Source of the DNA: Gemmatimonadota bacterium
GTDB lineage: Bacteria > Gemmatimonadota > Gemmatimonadetes > Palauibacterales > KS3-K002
Direction of reading: 5' to 3'
Assembly (NCBI GenBank): GCA_039586795.1
Contig: JBDHJS010000008.1
Coordinates: forward strand, 39,157 to 103,156
Length of the DNA: 64,000 nucleotides
Shown: positions 1 through 10,308 of the stretch, piece by piece
Position numbering within the stretch: position 1 is the stretch's first letter
Layout of the letters: each line of letters begins with the position of its first letter
The notes under the pieces: generated by a model
Database searches by the model: none
Seen by the model: the letters and a program-made list of their open reading frames with translations, nothing else
Told to the model about the DNA's origin: nothing
Position numbers and translations under genes: made by a program

Positions 1-43
1 GGTGATCGGGCGCTGGGTCGAACGAGTAGTCCGTCTCCTCGAG

Positions 44-1051
44 TCACAGTCTCCGCTCAATCGCGTAGTTGACCGCCTCGGCAAGCGCCGCGGCAGCGGG
101 TGAGTCAGGCAAGCCCTCTAACTGCTTCAACGCTTGATCTGCGAACTCTCGAGCCTTTGCACGCGCGTACGTCATTCCGCCGCGGGCGGCGGTCGCATCG
201 ACGACACGCTGGATAGTCTTGTCGTCGGGCTCGGGGTCGGCAAACAGCGCGTTCACTGCCAGTCGCTCTTCACGATTGAAATCTGGCAGCGCGGCTATCA
301 GCGGCAGTGTAACCTTGTGTTCACGAAGATCCTGTCCGGTCGGTTTGCCCGTTACGTCTTCGTTGCCGTGGTAGTCCAGCATGTCGTCGGCAATTTGGAA
401 TGCCATCCCGAGCGCAAACCCGTACGACCTCAAGCTGTCCCTGTACTTTGGATCGCCGACCATGGTGCCCAATTCGCAGGCTGCCGACATCAGTGCCGCC
501 GTCTTGGCACTGATCAGCCTGTAGTAATCCTCTTCCGTGAACGCCAGCGAGTCGTGCATGGCAAGCTGCCGCATCTCGCCGATCGTCATCGTATTCGCCG
601 CCTCGGCCAGCACTCTGATCACGTCAACTCGTTCCAAGCGCGCCATCTCGAGGACGGAACGCGAATACAGGAAGTCGCCCATGATTATCGCGACCTGGTG
701 GCCCCAGACAGAATTGACCGTCGGCATACCGCGGCGCAGCACCGAATGATCGACGGCATCGTCATGCACGAGGGTAGCCAGGTGAACGGCTTCGACCACC
801 GCTGCCAGGAGTAGCGCCTCGCGACTTGGCCGGTCGCCGATCTCGTTGCCGAGCAGCAACAAAGTCGGCCGGAAGAGCTTCCCCCGCTTGAGCAATAGGT
901 AGTCGTTGACCTCGTTGATCAACTCGAACTCGTCCGCGACAAGTTCGCGCATCAACTCGAGGAGCCCATCCAGCCGTTCCCGCACCGGTTCCTGGATTCG
1001 GGCCAATTCAGGCAGCGCTGTTCGAACCATCGGCGATCTGTAAGAAGTCAT
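44..1051 (-). CDS. polyprenyl diphosphate synthase (octaprenyl/heptaprenyl-type)
   Basis: GKLFRP, first Asp-rich motif LVHDDAVD..RRG, KT motif, second motif FQIADDMLD..GK..GQDL; start uncertain (1072/1051/1030). Confidence 0.93.
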   Translation of the reverse strand: MTSYRSPMVRTALPELARIQEPVRERLDGLLELMRELVADEFELINEVNDYLLLKRGKLFRPTLLLLGNEIGDRPSREALLLAAVVEAVHLATLVHDDAVDHSVLRRGMPTVNSVWGHQVAIIMGDFLYSRSVLEMARLERVDVIRVLAEAANTMTIGEMRQLAMHDSLAFTEEDYYRLISAKTAALMSAACELGTMVGDPKYRDSLRSYGFALGMAFQIADDMLDYHGNEDVTGKPTGQDLREHKVTLPLIAALPDFNREERLAVNALFADPEPDDKTIQRVVDATAARGGMTYARAKAREFADQALKQLEGLPDSPAAAALAEAVNYAIERRL

Positions 1052-1084
1052 CAGCTGCGCCAGCGGGCGCAATCCCGGCTGGAC

Positions 1085-1114
1085 ACTTTAGCTGCGATAA
1101 TGGAGTCTTGTCAA
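1085..1114 (-). promoter_or_regulatory. sigma70-type promoter upstream of the polyprenyl synthase
   Basis: minus strand TTGACA-N18-TAAAGT. Confidence 0.6.
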
Positions 1115-1127
1115 AGGGTGGGTTCGG

Positions 1128-3380
1128 CTACTCGCGGAGGGACGCCACGCGATCGGATACATCCTTGAAACTGACGTCACAACCCAGAACTCGCTCATAC
1201 CACTCGAGGGCTCGCTCAATCTCGCCCAGCGCCTCGTAGGCCTTGCCCATAGCATAGAAGACGCCAACCAGATCCTCGTCTTTGTAGTCGCGCACCTGCA
1301 GCGCACGGCCAAGCACTTTCAGCGCGATGCGAAAGTCCTCCTTCTCCAGGAAGCAAGAACCAAGCATCTCGATGGCGCGCAGCCGGTATTCCATACCGCG
1401 AGCCGCTATCTGGAACTCGGCTATCGCCTCGTCGATCAGGCCCATCTCCTTGAACGCCACGCCGAGGTCGTAGTGGCTGGTCGCGTCCTCTTCTTCGATG
1501 TTCTCGGCCACCTTCGACTTGAACTGGCTGAGCATCTCAGAGAAGTTGACGTCAGCCTCGCTTTCCGGGTCCGAGGTCGGAACTATGAATCGCGTACTCT
1601 TCTCTTCTTCGTGGTCAGCTACCAAAGATCCGAGGTCGACATAGTCGCCTGCCGCCTTGCCGTCCGACGAGTCGCCCGCTGAAGCCGCCGGTTCGGGGCC
1701 CAGCATCTCGATAGCCGCTGCGGCGCGGGGGTTCTGTGGATCGAGCTCGAGCACGCGGGAGTAGACGGCCACTGCCTTGTTGCCAGCGTCGGTACGGTCC
1801 AGACAGTCGGCGAGTCCCAAGTAGGCATCGATCAACGCGTTGCGATCCGCAGCCTTCAAAGCAAGCTCTACCTGCTTCTGGTAGGCACTAACGTCGTTGA
1901 CATCGAGACGAAGCATTTCTTCGAGAACTCGATACGCATCTCGGTATTCACCTTGCTGCTGATAGATGTCGACCGCCTCACCGAGACAAAACGTAGCTTT
2001 GTCGCGGCCTCCGGTTTCGAGCAGCGCTTCCGCCATCTCGACGAGCAAGCCCGGCTGACGACCTTCAACACTGATGCGTGCCTCGATCATCGCCACCCGC
2101 TCAGCGGGCGTCGGAGGCGTGATCGGTGGCAGCTCAGTTTCCTCTTCGACTTCTATCGCAGGCTCGAGATCCGTGGCGAACGCTTCCTCCAGGTCTTCGA
2201 GCGCCGGCTCACCTTCCTCGTCGACGAGCGTAGTCGGTTCGAGCTCCAAGCCGTCCGTCGTCAGCTCGATCCCTGGCCCATCATCGGGGAATCCGGCCTG
2301 CACGCTCTCCAGGTCGATCCCCTCCAGTTCGACATCGACGTCTCCCACTTTGGAGTCATTCACGTCGATACTGGTGGCTTCGAATCCATCGAGCTCGATA
2401 TCCGGAGTATCGATCGAGGACGTCCCGAGCTCACCCGCTCCGTAGCCGGCGACCTCGAGATCGGCCTCCTGGATACTGTCCAGCTCGATCTCATCGCCAC
2501 CGAGATCATCCAGGCCCAGTTCATCGACCTTGATATCGGCAAGCTCGGGACCGTCGGTCACTATTTCGACCTCTTCCGGTTCCTCCACCGCTTTGGTGAC
2601 CGCCGGACCCTTCGCCGCCGGTTCAGGCTCGTCGTCGTACGGGAGAATCTCCGGCAATTCCAGGATACCTTCCGCATCCACCTCAGCACCTAGGCCACTG
2701 GTCGCACCAGCGGTCGGAGGGTCGACCTCGGGGTCCCGATTTGGCGCGAGCCCGACTATCCGGTCCCGTATTTCCTTCGCATCCGCCTCGCGGCCCTCAT
2801 CGCTCAGGGAGAGCCACGCGAGCCGCATCTGGTCCACCGCTTGCATCGTGCGGTCGTGTCCGATCAACTGCTCGGCGATCATCAAGCGTACTTCAGGGTC
2901 GGGGGAAATGTCGGCAAACTCGACAAGCGCCTTAAATGCCTCATCGAGTTGACCGGCCTTCTGCATGCGCTCAGCGTACTCCAGGAAGTGACGCCTGGCA
3001 TCCGAAAGGAACCCTTTCGCCGCCCCCACCTTCCCGAGTTTCAGGTAAGCCGAGTGTCTGTTCGGCTGGTTGCGTAGGATCTTGTTGCAGAGGGCGATGG
3101 CATTGTTGTAGAGACCGGCCGACAAGTGGCCGTCGGCCGCCTTGTCGTAGTAGTCCACCGCCTTGTTGACGTCGCCAATTCGACGATACAGATCACCGAT
3201 ACGATTGTACAGCGCCAAGTCCACAGCCTGACCGGCAAGCTCGTCCGATTCCACGGCAAGCTCGTACGCCTCGATCGCGCGCTTCCAGTTCTCGCGCTGC
3301 TCGAATCCTCTCGCCTGTTGTCTGTACCGAGCTCCGTTGCTCATTCGATTCCCGACAGGTGTCTCTATGACGCTTGCCAC
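1128..3380 (-). CDS. large TPR protein with central acidic linker (SgmX-like architecture)
   Basis: 750-aa ORF; N-terminal TPRs, ~200-aa D/E-rich linker, middle TPRs, C-terminal TPR block HYDLGVAFKEMGLIDEAIAEFQIA. Confidence 0.8.
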   Translation of the reverse strand: MASVIETPVGNRMSNGARYRQQARGFEQRENWKRAIEAYELAVESDELAGQAVDLALYNRIGDLYRRIGDVNKAVDYYDKAADGHLSAGLYNNAIALCNKILRNQPNRHSAYLKLGKVGAAKGFLSDARRHFLEYAERMQKAGQLDEAFKALVEFADISPDPEVRLMIAEQLIGHDRTMQAVDQMRLAWLSLSDEGREADAKEIRDRIVGLAPNRDPEVDPPTAGATSGLGAEVDAEGILELPEILPYDDEPEPAAKGPAVTKAVEEPEEVEIVTDGPELADIKVDELGLDDLGGDEIELDSIQEADLEVAGYGAGELGTSSIDTPDIELDGFEATSIDVNDSKVGDVDVELEGIDLESVQAGFPDDGPGIELTTDGLELEPTTLVDEEGEPALEDLEEAFATDLEPAIEVEEETELPPITPPTPAERVAMIEARISVEGRQPGLLVEMAEALLETGGRDKATFCLGEAVDIYQQQGEYRDAYRVLEEMLRLDVNDVSAYQKQVELALKAADRNALIDAYLGLADCLDRTDAGNKAVAVYSRVLELDPQNPRAAAAIEMLGPEPAASAGDSSDGKAAGDYVDLGSLVADHEEEKSTRFIVPTSDPESEADVNFSEMLSQFKSKVAENIEEEDATSHYDLGVAFKEMGLIDEAIAEFQIAARGMEYRLRAIEMLGSCFLEKEDFRIALKVLGRALQVRDYKDEDLVGVFYAMGKAYEALGEIERALEWYERVLGCDVSFKDVSDRVASLRE

Positions 3381-3591
3381 CCAGCTACCGCCGGCTCCGA
3401 CAAGCCGACAGCTGGCTGCAAGCTATATAAGATAAACAATCGCGCCGACTTTCAGCAGGCCACCCCACCTCCGTATCACCCAACCCCTCGACCGCCGCGC
3501 TAACCGGGGGAGTATAGAAGAGTACCCAACGCAGGTCCATATCCCGGCACCGTCTGTCTACACCCGACTCCAATATATGTTGCCGATCGCC

Positions 3592-4839
3592 CTAGAATAC
3601 GCGGACGCCCTTCTTCCACACAGCAACGCAGTGGTTCGTCCCATACACGTATGGAATCATACGGTAGTCGGCGACGCCGAACGCCGCGACATCGGCTATC
3701 GCTCCCGGCTCCAGCGTTCCCCTGCCATCGTCGAGACGGAGGGCGGCGGCGCCGTTGCCTGTTGCCGCCACGACCGCTTCGGCCGGCGACATACCGAGCT
3801 TGCTGCAGGCGATGCTCATGACGACCTGGAGGTTGGGCGTCGGAGACGAGCCGGGGTTGAAGTCGGTGGCCAGAGCGACGGCGGCGCCGGCATCGATGAG
3901 CTGACGAGCCGGGGGGAAGTTATCCTTGCCGAGAAAGAAGAGGGTGCCGGGCAGCAAGGTGGCGACTGTAGGCGCGCCGGCGAGGGCCGCGATGCCATCC
4001 TGGGTGATGGCGCCGAGGTGGTCGGCGGAGGCGGCGTTGAATTCAACGGCCAGCTCAGCTCCGCCGCTGGACTCAAACTCGTCCGCATGGATTCTCGGTA
4101 CCAGGCCGTAGTCAACAGCGGCTTCCAGAACTCGACGCGTCTCATCCGGAGTGAACACACCCGGTTCGAGGAAGACGTCGCAATAGAGGGCGAGGCGGGA
4201 TTCCGCGACGGCGGGAATCATCTGGGTCGCGATCAGTGTGACATAGTCGTCGCGGCGATCTCGATACTCGGGTGGGAAAGAGTGGGCGCCAAGAAACGTG
4301 GGGACGATGTCTATCCACTCCTCGTTAGACAGGCGCTGGATGACGCGCAACATCTTCAGCTCGTCATCTACGGTGAGGCCATAACCGCTTTTTATCTCAA
4401 CAGTCGTTGTCCCATGCTCGAGGAGCATGCGGAGTCGCGGCAGGCTGAGCTCGGCGAGCTCGCTCTCTGATCTATCCCGGAGGTCGAGAACCGATGAATT
4501 GATGCCGCCGCCCCTCTGAGCGATCTCCATGTACGGGACGCCAGCGCAACGCATCTCGTACTCATCCAGCCGATAGCGCCCAAAGACTGTGTGCGTGTGC
4601 GAATCGACAAGTCCGGGCATAAGCACGTGGCCGGTCAGGTCCACACGATTTGCATCCGGATACCGTTTGGCCATCTCGCCGCGTGAACCGACAGCCTCGA
4701 CGAGACCGTCATTCATGACGATCGCCCCGTCTTCCACGAGGCCGATGTCGGACATGGCCTTGCGCCGTCGTGGTGCGGCACCGCCCGGGCAGGTCAGAAC
4801 CTGCGTGGCTTCAAGGACCGTCCTTTCAGGAGCGCCCAT
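3592..4839 (-). CDS. hutI: imidazolonepropionase
   Basis: PGLVDSHTH, GTTTVEIKSGYG, HADE, LATDFNPG; adjacent to hutU. Confidence 0.97.
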   Translation of the reverse strand: MGAPERTVLEATQVLTCPGGAAPRRRKAMSDIGLVEDGAIVMNDGLVEAVGSRGEMAKRYPDANRVDLTGHVLMPGLVDSHTHTVFGRYRLDEYEMRCAGVPYMEIAQRGGGINSSVLDLRDRSESELAELSLPRLRMLLEHGTTTVEIKSGYGLTVDDELKMLRVIQRLSNEEWIDIVPTFLGAHSFPPEYRDRRDDYVTLIATQMIPAVAESRLALYCDVFLEPGVFTPDETRRVLEAAVDYGLVPRIHADEFESSGGAELAVEFNAASADHLGAITQDGIAALAGAPTVATLLPGTLFFLGKDNFPPARQLIDAGAAVALATDFNPGSSPTPNLQVVMSIACSKLGMSPAEAVVAATGNGAAALRLDDGRGTLEPGAIADVAAFGVADYRMIPYVYGTNHCVAVWKKGVRVF

Positions 4840-4862
4840 TCGTAGCTTTCGGTGTAGACTCT

Positions 4863-6527
4863 CTACTCTGCCATTGGGATCTTTATGCTATGCTTCCGCG
4901 CGGTATCGAGGGCCGTATCGTATCCCGCGTCGACGTGGCGAGCGACGCCTATGCCTGGGTCGTTTGTCAGAACACGTTCCAGGCGACGTGCCGCCTCAGG
5001 CGTGCCGTCAGCAACGATCACCTGTCCGGCGTGCAGCGAGTCGCCGATGCCGACGCCACCGCCGTGGTGGAAGCTGACCCACGTCGCTCCGCTTGCCACA
5101 TTGAGCATTGCATTGAGAAGTGGCCAATCGGCGATTGCATCGCTCCCGTCCTTCATCCCCTCCGTCTCGCGGAACGGACTTGCAACGGAGCCGGTATCGA
5201 GGTGGTCACGTCCAATGACGATCGGTGCCTGAACCGCTCCACTGGCTACCAATTCGTTGATCGCCAATCCGAATCGTGCCCGTTCTCCCTGCCCCAGCCA
5301 GCAGATGCGTGACGGGAGTCCTTGGAAGGCAACCTGCTCGCTGGCCATTCGTATCCAGCGTCCCAGGGGTATGTCGTCCGGGAAGAGCTCGAGGACGAGT
5401 TCATCGGTGCGGTGAATATCAGCGGGCTCGCCGGACAGCGCCGCCCAGCGGAACGGCCCCTTCCCCAAACAGAAGAGCGGCCGGACATAGGCCGGCACGA
5501 AGCCGGGAAAGTCGAAGGCGTTATCGACGCCGGCGTCCCGGGCCTGGGCGCGGATGTTGTTTCCGTAGTCGAAGACGATCGCCCCCGCCTTCTGTAGGTC
5601 GAGCATGCCGCGCACGTGGTCGGCCATCGATTCCATCGACCGAGCAACATAGGTGTCGGGATCGCGTTCCCGGAGCTCGGCCGCTTCACGCAAGCTTACG
5701 CCCTTCGGGACGTAGCCGTTCAGAGCGTCGTGGGCACTCGTCTGGTCCGTGACCAGATCGGGGACGATGCCGCGGCGTGCGATTTCCGGAACGACCTCGG
5801 CACAGTTGCCCAGAAGGCCAACGGACAGCGCCTCACCACGATCTCGCGCGCTCATGACCAGTTCTAACGCTTCGTCCAGGTTTTCGGCGCTGCGATCCAG
5901 GTAGCGTGTCTCCAACCGTCGCTCGATCCTGTGCGGATCGACTTCTATCGCCAGAATTGCGCCGCCGTTCATCGTGGCAGCGAGAGGCTGGGCTCCACCC
6001 ATCCCACCGAGTCCGCCGGTGAGAACGAGTCTTCCCGACAGCGAACCATCGAAGTGCTGTTTCGCCGCCTCGGCAAAGGTCTCGTATGTGCCCTGGAGGA
6101 TGCCCTGGGTTCCGATGTATATCCAGGAGCCAGCGGTCATCTGGCCGAACATGATCAGACCCTTACGCTCCAAGCCGCGGAAGTAGTCCCAATTGGCCCA
6201 ACGGCCGACCAGGTTGGCGTTGGCGATCAACACGCGGGGCGCGTCGCTGTGTGTCTTGAAGACGCCCACCGGCTTACCGCTCTGGATCAGCAACGACTCG
6301 TCGTTCTCCAGCTCGCGCAGAGATTTGACGATGGCGTCAAACGCCTCCCAGGAACGGGCCGCCTTGCCCGAGCCACCGTAGATGATCAGCTCGTCCGGCT
6401 TCTCGGCCACGTCGGGGTCGAGGTTGTTCATCAACATCCTGAGCGCCGCCTCCTGCTGCCATCCTTTGCAGGAGATCTCTACTCCTCTCGGCGCTCGCAC
6501 GGTTCGCGGCGCACTTACTGTGGACAT
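4863..6527 (-). CDS. hutU: urocanate hydratase
   Basis: [46 protein letters not shown]. Confidence 0.99.
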   Translation of the reverse strand: MSTVSAPRTVRAPRGVEISCKGWQQEAALRMLMNNLDPDVAEKPDELIIYGGSGKAARSWEAFDAIVKSLRELENDESLLIQSGKPVGVFKTHSDAPRVLIANANLVGRWANWDYFRGLERKGLIMFGQMTAGSWIYIGTQGILQGTYETFAEAAKQHFDGSLSGRLVLTGGLGGMGGAQPLAATMNGGAILAIEVDPHRIERRLETRYLDRSAENLDEALELVMSARDRGEALSVGLLGNCAEVVPEIARRGIVPDLVTDQTSAHDALNGYVPKGVSLREAAELRERDPDTYVARSMESMADHVRGMLDLQKAGAIVFDYGNNIRAQARDAGVDNAFDFPGFVPAYVRPLFCLGKGPFRWAALSGEPADIHRTDELVLELFPDDIPLGRWIRMASEQVAFQGLPSRICWLGQGERARFGLAINELVASGAVQAPIVIGRDHLDTGSVASPFRETEGMKDGSDAIADWPLLNAMLNVASGATWVSFHHGGGVGIGDSLHAGQVIVADGTPEAARRLERVLTNDPGIGVARHVDAGYDTALDTARKHSIKIPMAE

Positions 6528-6572
6528 CGTTCCTCCGATCGGATGAACGGCTTCAGAAGCAACCGCTCGCGG

Positions 6573-9419
6573 CTATTGGCCGGCCCCGCGGTTCTCCTGC
6601 TTATAGTCGAACTTGAGGTCGCGGAGGTCTTTGAGGTGGACCCCGAAGTTGAATGTGATGTTTCCGTTGGAAGCTTTCAAGAACTGGAAGTTTGCCGACC
6701 AGCGGTGCAGGTCGCGCCTGAAATTGATCGTCAGGTCGGAGAAGTCGCTGTTCTCGATGTCGTACGTCGTTCGAGCTGTCATCACCCAGTTCGGCGTGGG
6801 GCTGAAGCCGAAGTTCAGCCCGACCGTCTGCCGCGGCGGCGCCGTCTCTTGTCCTGGAACCGGCCGAGTTCTGACCAGACTGTAGTCGACCCCGAGACTC
6901 CACGGTCGGCGCTCGCCGCTGACGTTCGCTTCCTCCCGTTGCGACTCGGCGTCGTTCATCAGTTGCCGCTCTTCTTCCAGGTCTTCAAAGGACTGGGTTC
7001 GCGGTACGATACCTTGCTCACCGGCGATGCCGCGGCCGAGCAGCGTGGACAGCGTGCGTTCGCCGATCGAGAAGCTCACGTTGAGCTGTGTGAGGAAGGG
7101 GTCAAAGACCTGCCGTCCTGCGCCGTTGCCGCCCTGCTCCACGAACAGAGAATGCACCGTTCGAAACGAAAGTCCACGCAGCAAGTCCGACGTCATGTTA
7201 TTGGAGACCGTATTGGTGGCCCATCTCTTCTCAACCAGGTCGTAGCTCAAGGCGGTCGTTCGGATCGCGAGGATGGTGAGTTTACGTGCCTCCTCCTGTT
7301 GGGCTTCCTCGACCCCCAACTCATCGGCCTCGATCTCGTCCTCCGTGTCTCCTGCGGCTTCGAGCTCGGCCGCGCTCAGAGGTGCTTCCTGCATCTCGGT
7401 TTCTTCGGTTGACTCTTCCCTACGCCGCGGGCGGAGCTTCGCTTCGAACGTCTGGTTCAGTCCGATGCTGACCGTGTGAAGCTCGCTAATGAATTGGTTT
7501 CCGAGGATCTCGATCTTGGCCGAGTCGGTCTTAACCTCGGGACTGTAGCTCCAGTTTATCGCCGGCGTGAACTTGTGCCGGATCCGCTCCACCGGGCCGG
7601 GGCCGGGGAAGAAGCCGTAGATGTCGGCATTAAGCGTCGCTCGCATTGAAACGCGTGTCGGGGCGGAAATGAACGAGAGCCCCGTGATGTTGTTTCGCAG
7701 GTAGGAGCCGCTGAGATCGATCGACGGCACAATAGTGGTCGTTCCGATGATCCGCTGCCTGAAATTGAGCGCCGTATTCCAGCCCAACGTTCCGCTGACC
7801 GTATTGCTGCCGATTACCGTAACGGTCGTGGTGTCCTCTCCCACCTCTATTTCTTTGGCCGTTGAGTCGACACGGACCTCGTTGTAGTTGGCACGGGTGT
7901 TCCAGCCAAAGGCACCGAGCGTGAGACCAGAGCTGAGACTACCCGTTAGCGTGCGCGCATCCGCGGGCCATCGCGTTGCGGTGTCCGGTCGCGGCAACGC
8001 GTCGGCGATTTGGTGGCTGAAGGAGGTGCTGCCCGTCCAGGTCAGTCCGTTATACCATCGCTTCTCGAGAGGCGACCGCGCTGGCGTGAGCACAATGGGA
8101 GTCAGCGTGATCGCCAGGTTTGGCAGCGTCATCGTGGTGAGGTCCTGGGACTGCTGTGATAGAGGCTGGATGCGCTGAGCACTGAGACTCATGTTGCCCC
8201 AATCGAATCGCCGCGTGAAGCCAATGTTCGAGCGGATATTCTGCGTCAGTTGCTCCGGATTGAATTCTCTCTCCTGCTGGAACTGCTTGTTTGAGACGTA
8301 CTCAACAGAGGCGCGCAAGCTTGACCGTTCACCGAACTGCTGCTGGTGGTTCCAGGTGAGCGATATCTCGCGCCCTCCGTCGGGGACAACGAAGTAGGAG
8401 AAAGCGGCGCTGCCTTCGAGGAACTGTCTGACCCATTTGTAGCGGTAGCGGCTATCGAACCGCGTCCAGTTATCGCTCCACCAGTCCATACTGAACTGAG
8501 CGTCCATGTAGTCACTGATCGCCCAATAGTATCCGATGTTAGATATGTGTCGACTGCGATCGGAGTTGCGAACGATATCAGTTACGCCGAACTGCAGCGT
8601 CAGCAGCCCGCTGTGCCGGCCGCGCCGGATGTCCTGCGCCATGAACGGGAACCAGAAGACCGGCACTTCGCCAAAGTACACGCGAACCGGCCAGGCAACG
8701 ACGATGCTCCCGAGGATCAGCTTGATCTTGTCAGCTTCGAACCGATAGTGGGCCTCGGGAAGGTCGCAGGTCGTGAAATGGCCGGTTTCGACCCACAGCG
8801 TGTCGGTGCCTTCCAGCGTGAAGTCACCCTGAACATGCCAGACATCCCACTTCGTCGTACTGTTCTTGATCTTCCCGATCCGACGATCCGTATCGTAGAA
8901 TAAGGGTCCGCTGTCGCTATTGACCTCCTGCCCGGCGGCATTGACCAGCCGCATGTTGCCGAATCCGGTAACGTAATGCGTGAGGCCATGATAAACGACC
9001 GAGTCAGCGAAGTACTGGTCGCCTCCGCGTTCGATTTGGGCGCGTTCCCTGATATAGAGCGTCTGATCTCGCGTCGAGAACTGGAGCGTATCACCACGGT
9101 AGACGACGGCGCGGTATCCGGCGCGCTCCATTAGGGCTTGCATGATCGAATCGGTGGTCGGGAACGGCGCGCCCACGGGTTCAGCCGGGCCTTCGCCGGT
9201 TGAATCACCGGGCGTCTGTTTATCACCCAGGCCGCCCTCAGCGTCCGGATCCCGGCGGGGCCGATCTCTCCTGCGTTCGGTCGTGTCCTGTGGAGCGTAT
9301 GCGTGAGCGGGAGCGGCGAACGTCTGGTCGATAGATAAGCTGAGACAGGCGAGCGCGACCACAGCGATGGAGATCAGCGCTCGTGTAAGAGAAGGATCAG
9401 TCAGCGATCGCCTCTGCAC
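6573..9419 (-). CDS. lptD: putative LPS-assembly outer-membrane protein LptD
   Basis: signal peptide from GTG 9419, FTTCDLPEAHYRF jellyroll motif, beta-barrel pattern, C-terminal RRDLHRW..F; start inferred. Confidence 0.8.
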   Translation of the reverse strand: MQRRSLTDPSLTRALISIAVVALACLSLSIDQTFAAPAHAYAPQDTTERRRDRPRRDPDAEGGLGDKQTPGDSTGEGPAEPVGAPFPTTDSIMQALMERAGYRAVVYRGDTLQFSTRDQTLYIRERAQIERGGDQYFADSVVYHGLTHYVTGFGNMRLVNAAGQEVNSDSGPLFYDTDRRIGKIKNSTTKWDVWHVQGDFTLEGTDTLWVETGHFTTCDLPEAHYRFEADKIKLILGSIVVAWPVRVYFGEVPVFWFPFMAQDIRRGRHSGLLTLQFGVTDIVRNSDRSRHISNIGYYWAISDYMDAQFSMDWWSDNWTRFDSRYRYKWVRQFLEGSAAFSYFVVPDGGREISLTWNHQQQFGERSSLRASVEYVSNKQFQQEREFNPEQLTQNIRSNIGFTRRFDWGNMSLSAQRIQPLSQQSQDLTTMTLPNLAITLTPIVLTPARSPLEKRWYNGLTWTGSTSFSHQIADALPRPDTATRWPADARTLTGSLSSGLTLGAFGWNTRANYNEVRVDSTAKEIEVGEDTTTVTVIGSNTVSGTLGWNTALNFRQRIIGTTTIVPSIDLSGSYLRNNITGLSFISAPTRVSMRATLNADIYGFFPGPGPVERIRHKFTPAINWSYSPEVKTDSAKIEILGNQFISELHTVSIGLNQTFEAKLRPRRREESTEETEMQEAPLSAAELEAAGDTEDEIEADELGVEEAQQEEARKLTILAIRTTALSYDLVEKRWATNTVSNNMTSDLLRGLSFRTVHSLFVEQGGNGAGRQVFDPFLTQLNVSFSIGERTLSTLLGRGIAGEQGIVPRTQSFEDLEEERQLMNDAESQREEANVSGERRPWSLGVDYSLVRTRPVPGQETAPPRQTVGLNFGFSPTPNWVMTARTTYDIENSDFSDLTINFRRDLHRWSANFQFLKASNGNITFNFGVHLKDLRDLKFDYKQENRGAGQ

Positions 9420-10308
9420 TTCCCGCGGCGAGTCGCCTCCGATCCACAACGGCAACCAAGAGAATCGAAACCTCATATAGCAGGACCAGCGGCCCCATCA
9501 TCATCAACATCGTGCCCACATCCGCCGGTGTTAAGATCGCTGACAAGACAGCGACCCCGACGATGGCGTGCCGCCGGAAGTGTCTCAGCGTGCTGGCCGT
9601 GATCAGGCCGAGCAATGCGAGTAGTAGTGATACCAGTGGTAACTCGAAAATGATCCCGAAAGCGAGTATCAGCCGGGTGGCGAACTTCAGGTACTCGCCG
9701 ATAGTGATTATTGGATTCAACGCCTGCGTCTGGAACCCAAGCAGAAAGCGCAATCCCAAGGGGAGAACGAGGAAGTACGCCATTGCCACGCCGATCAGGA
9801 ACAGCGCGAAGCCGCCGATCACCGCCGGCACGGCAACTTTCCTCTCCTTCTCCATCAGCGCCGGCGACAGGAATGCCCAAACGTGGTGCACGATGATCGG
9901 CACCGACAGAATGATCCCAACGACGAATGACAGTTTTAGGGTTACTGTCATCGGTTCGGTGGGACTCGTGAACAGCAGCTGGCCGTCCGGAACGAGTGGC
10001 TCGATTGGTACCTTGAGCAGCCCAATGATGTTGAATTGAGTGACCAAGAAGAAGCCGGCCACCGAGAAAGCCAGCACGGCTGTTCCACCCCAGATCAGCC
10101 GCCAGCGCAACTCGTCGAGATGGTCGAGGAACGGCATCTCGCCGGTGCCGCTTGCCCGGCGCACATCGCCACTCGGGCCACGCGTCGCCATGAAGAAGGC
10201 GAGCAAGTAGAGAACGGAGAGGCCTGCGGCAATAGCAATATCCGACCATGGCAGGCCGCCCAGCCAGGCGACGATCTCTGGTCCCGCAACCCCCGCCAGC
10301 CACCTCAC
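9397..10308 (-). CDS. tatC: twin-arginine translocase subunit TatC
   Basis: EMPFLDHLDELRWRL, FLSPAL, FELP, AILTP.D, LLYEVSI; GTGA overlap with the nrdR stop and upstream AAGGAGG. Confidence 0.96.
   Translation of the reverse strand: MRWLAGVAGPEIVAWLGGLPWSDIAIAAGLSVLYLLAFFMATRGPSGDVRRASGTGEMPFLDHLDELRWRLIWGGTAVLAFSVAGFFLVTQFNIIGLLKVPIEPLVPDGQLLFTSPTEPMTVTLKLSFVVGIILSVPIIVHHVWAFLSPALMEKERKVAVPAVIGGFALFLIGVAMAYFLVLPLGLRFLLGFQTQALNPIITIGEYLKFATRLILAFGIIFELPLVSLLLALLGLITASTLRHFRRHAIVGVAVLSAILTPADVGTMLMMMGPLVLLYEVSILLVAVVDRRRLAAGSAEAIAD

Noticed and set aside
3385..3573. 62-aa ORF in the hutI-TPR spacer
   Set aside because: TTG start without RBS, no homology cue, and it overlaps promoter-like patches.
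3568..3583. NrdR-box-like CCAATATATG
   Set aside because: Lacks the conserved 3' WG, occurs as a single copy, and has no ribonucleotide reductase gene downstream.
3592..6527. Incomplete hut operon (no hutH/hutG)
   Set aside because: Dispersed hut genes are common, so this cannot be judged from one window.
5931..7412. 493-aa plus-strand ORF
   Set aside because: Antisense shadow of hutU/lptD in high-GC sequence; no recognisable motifs.
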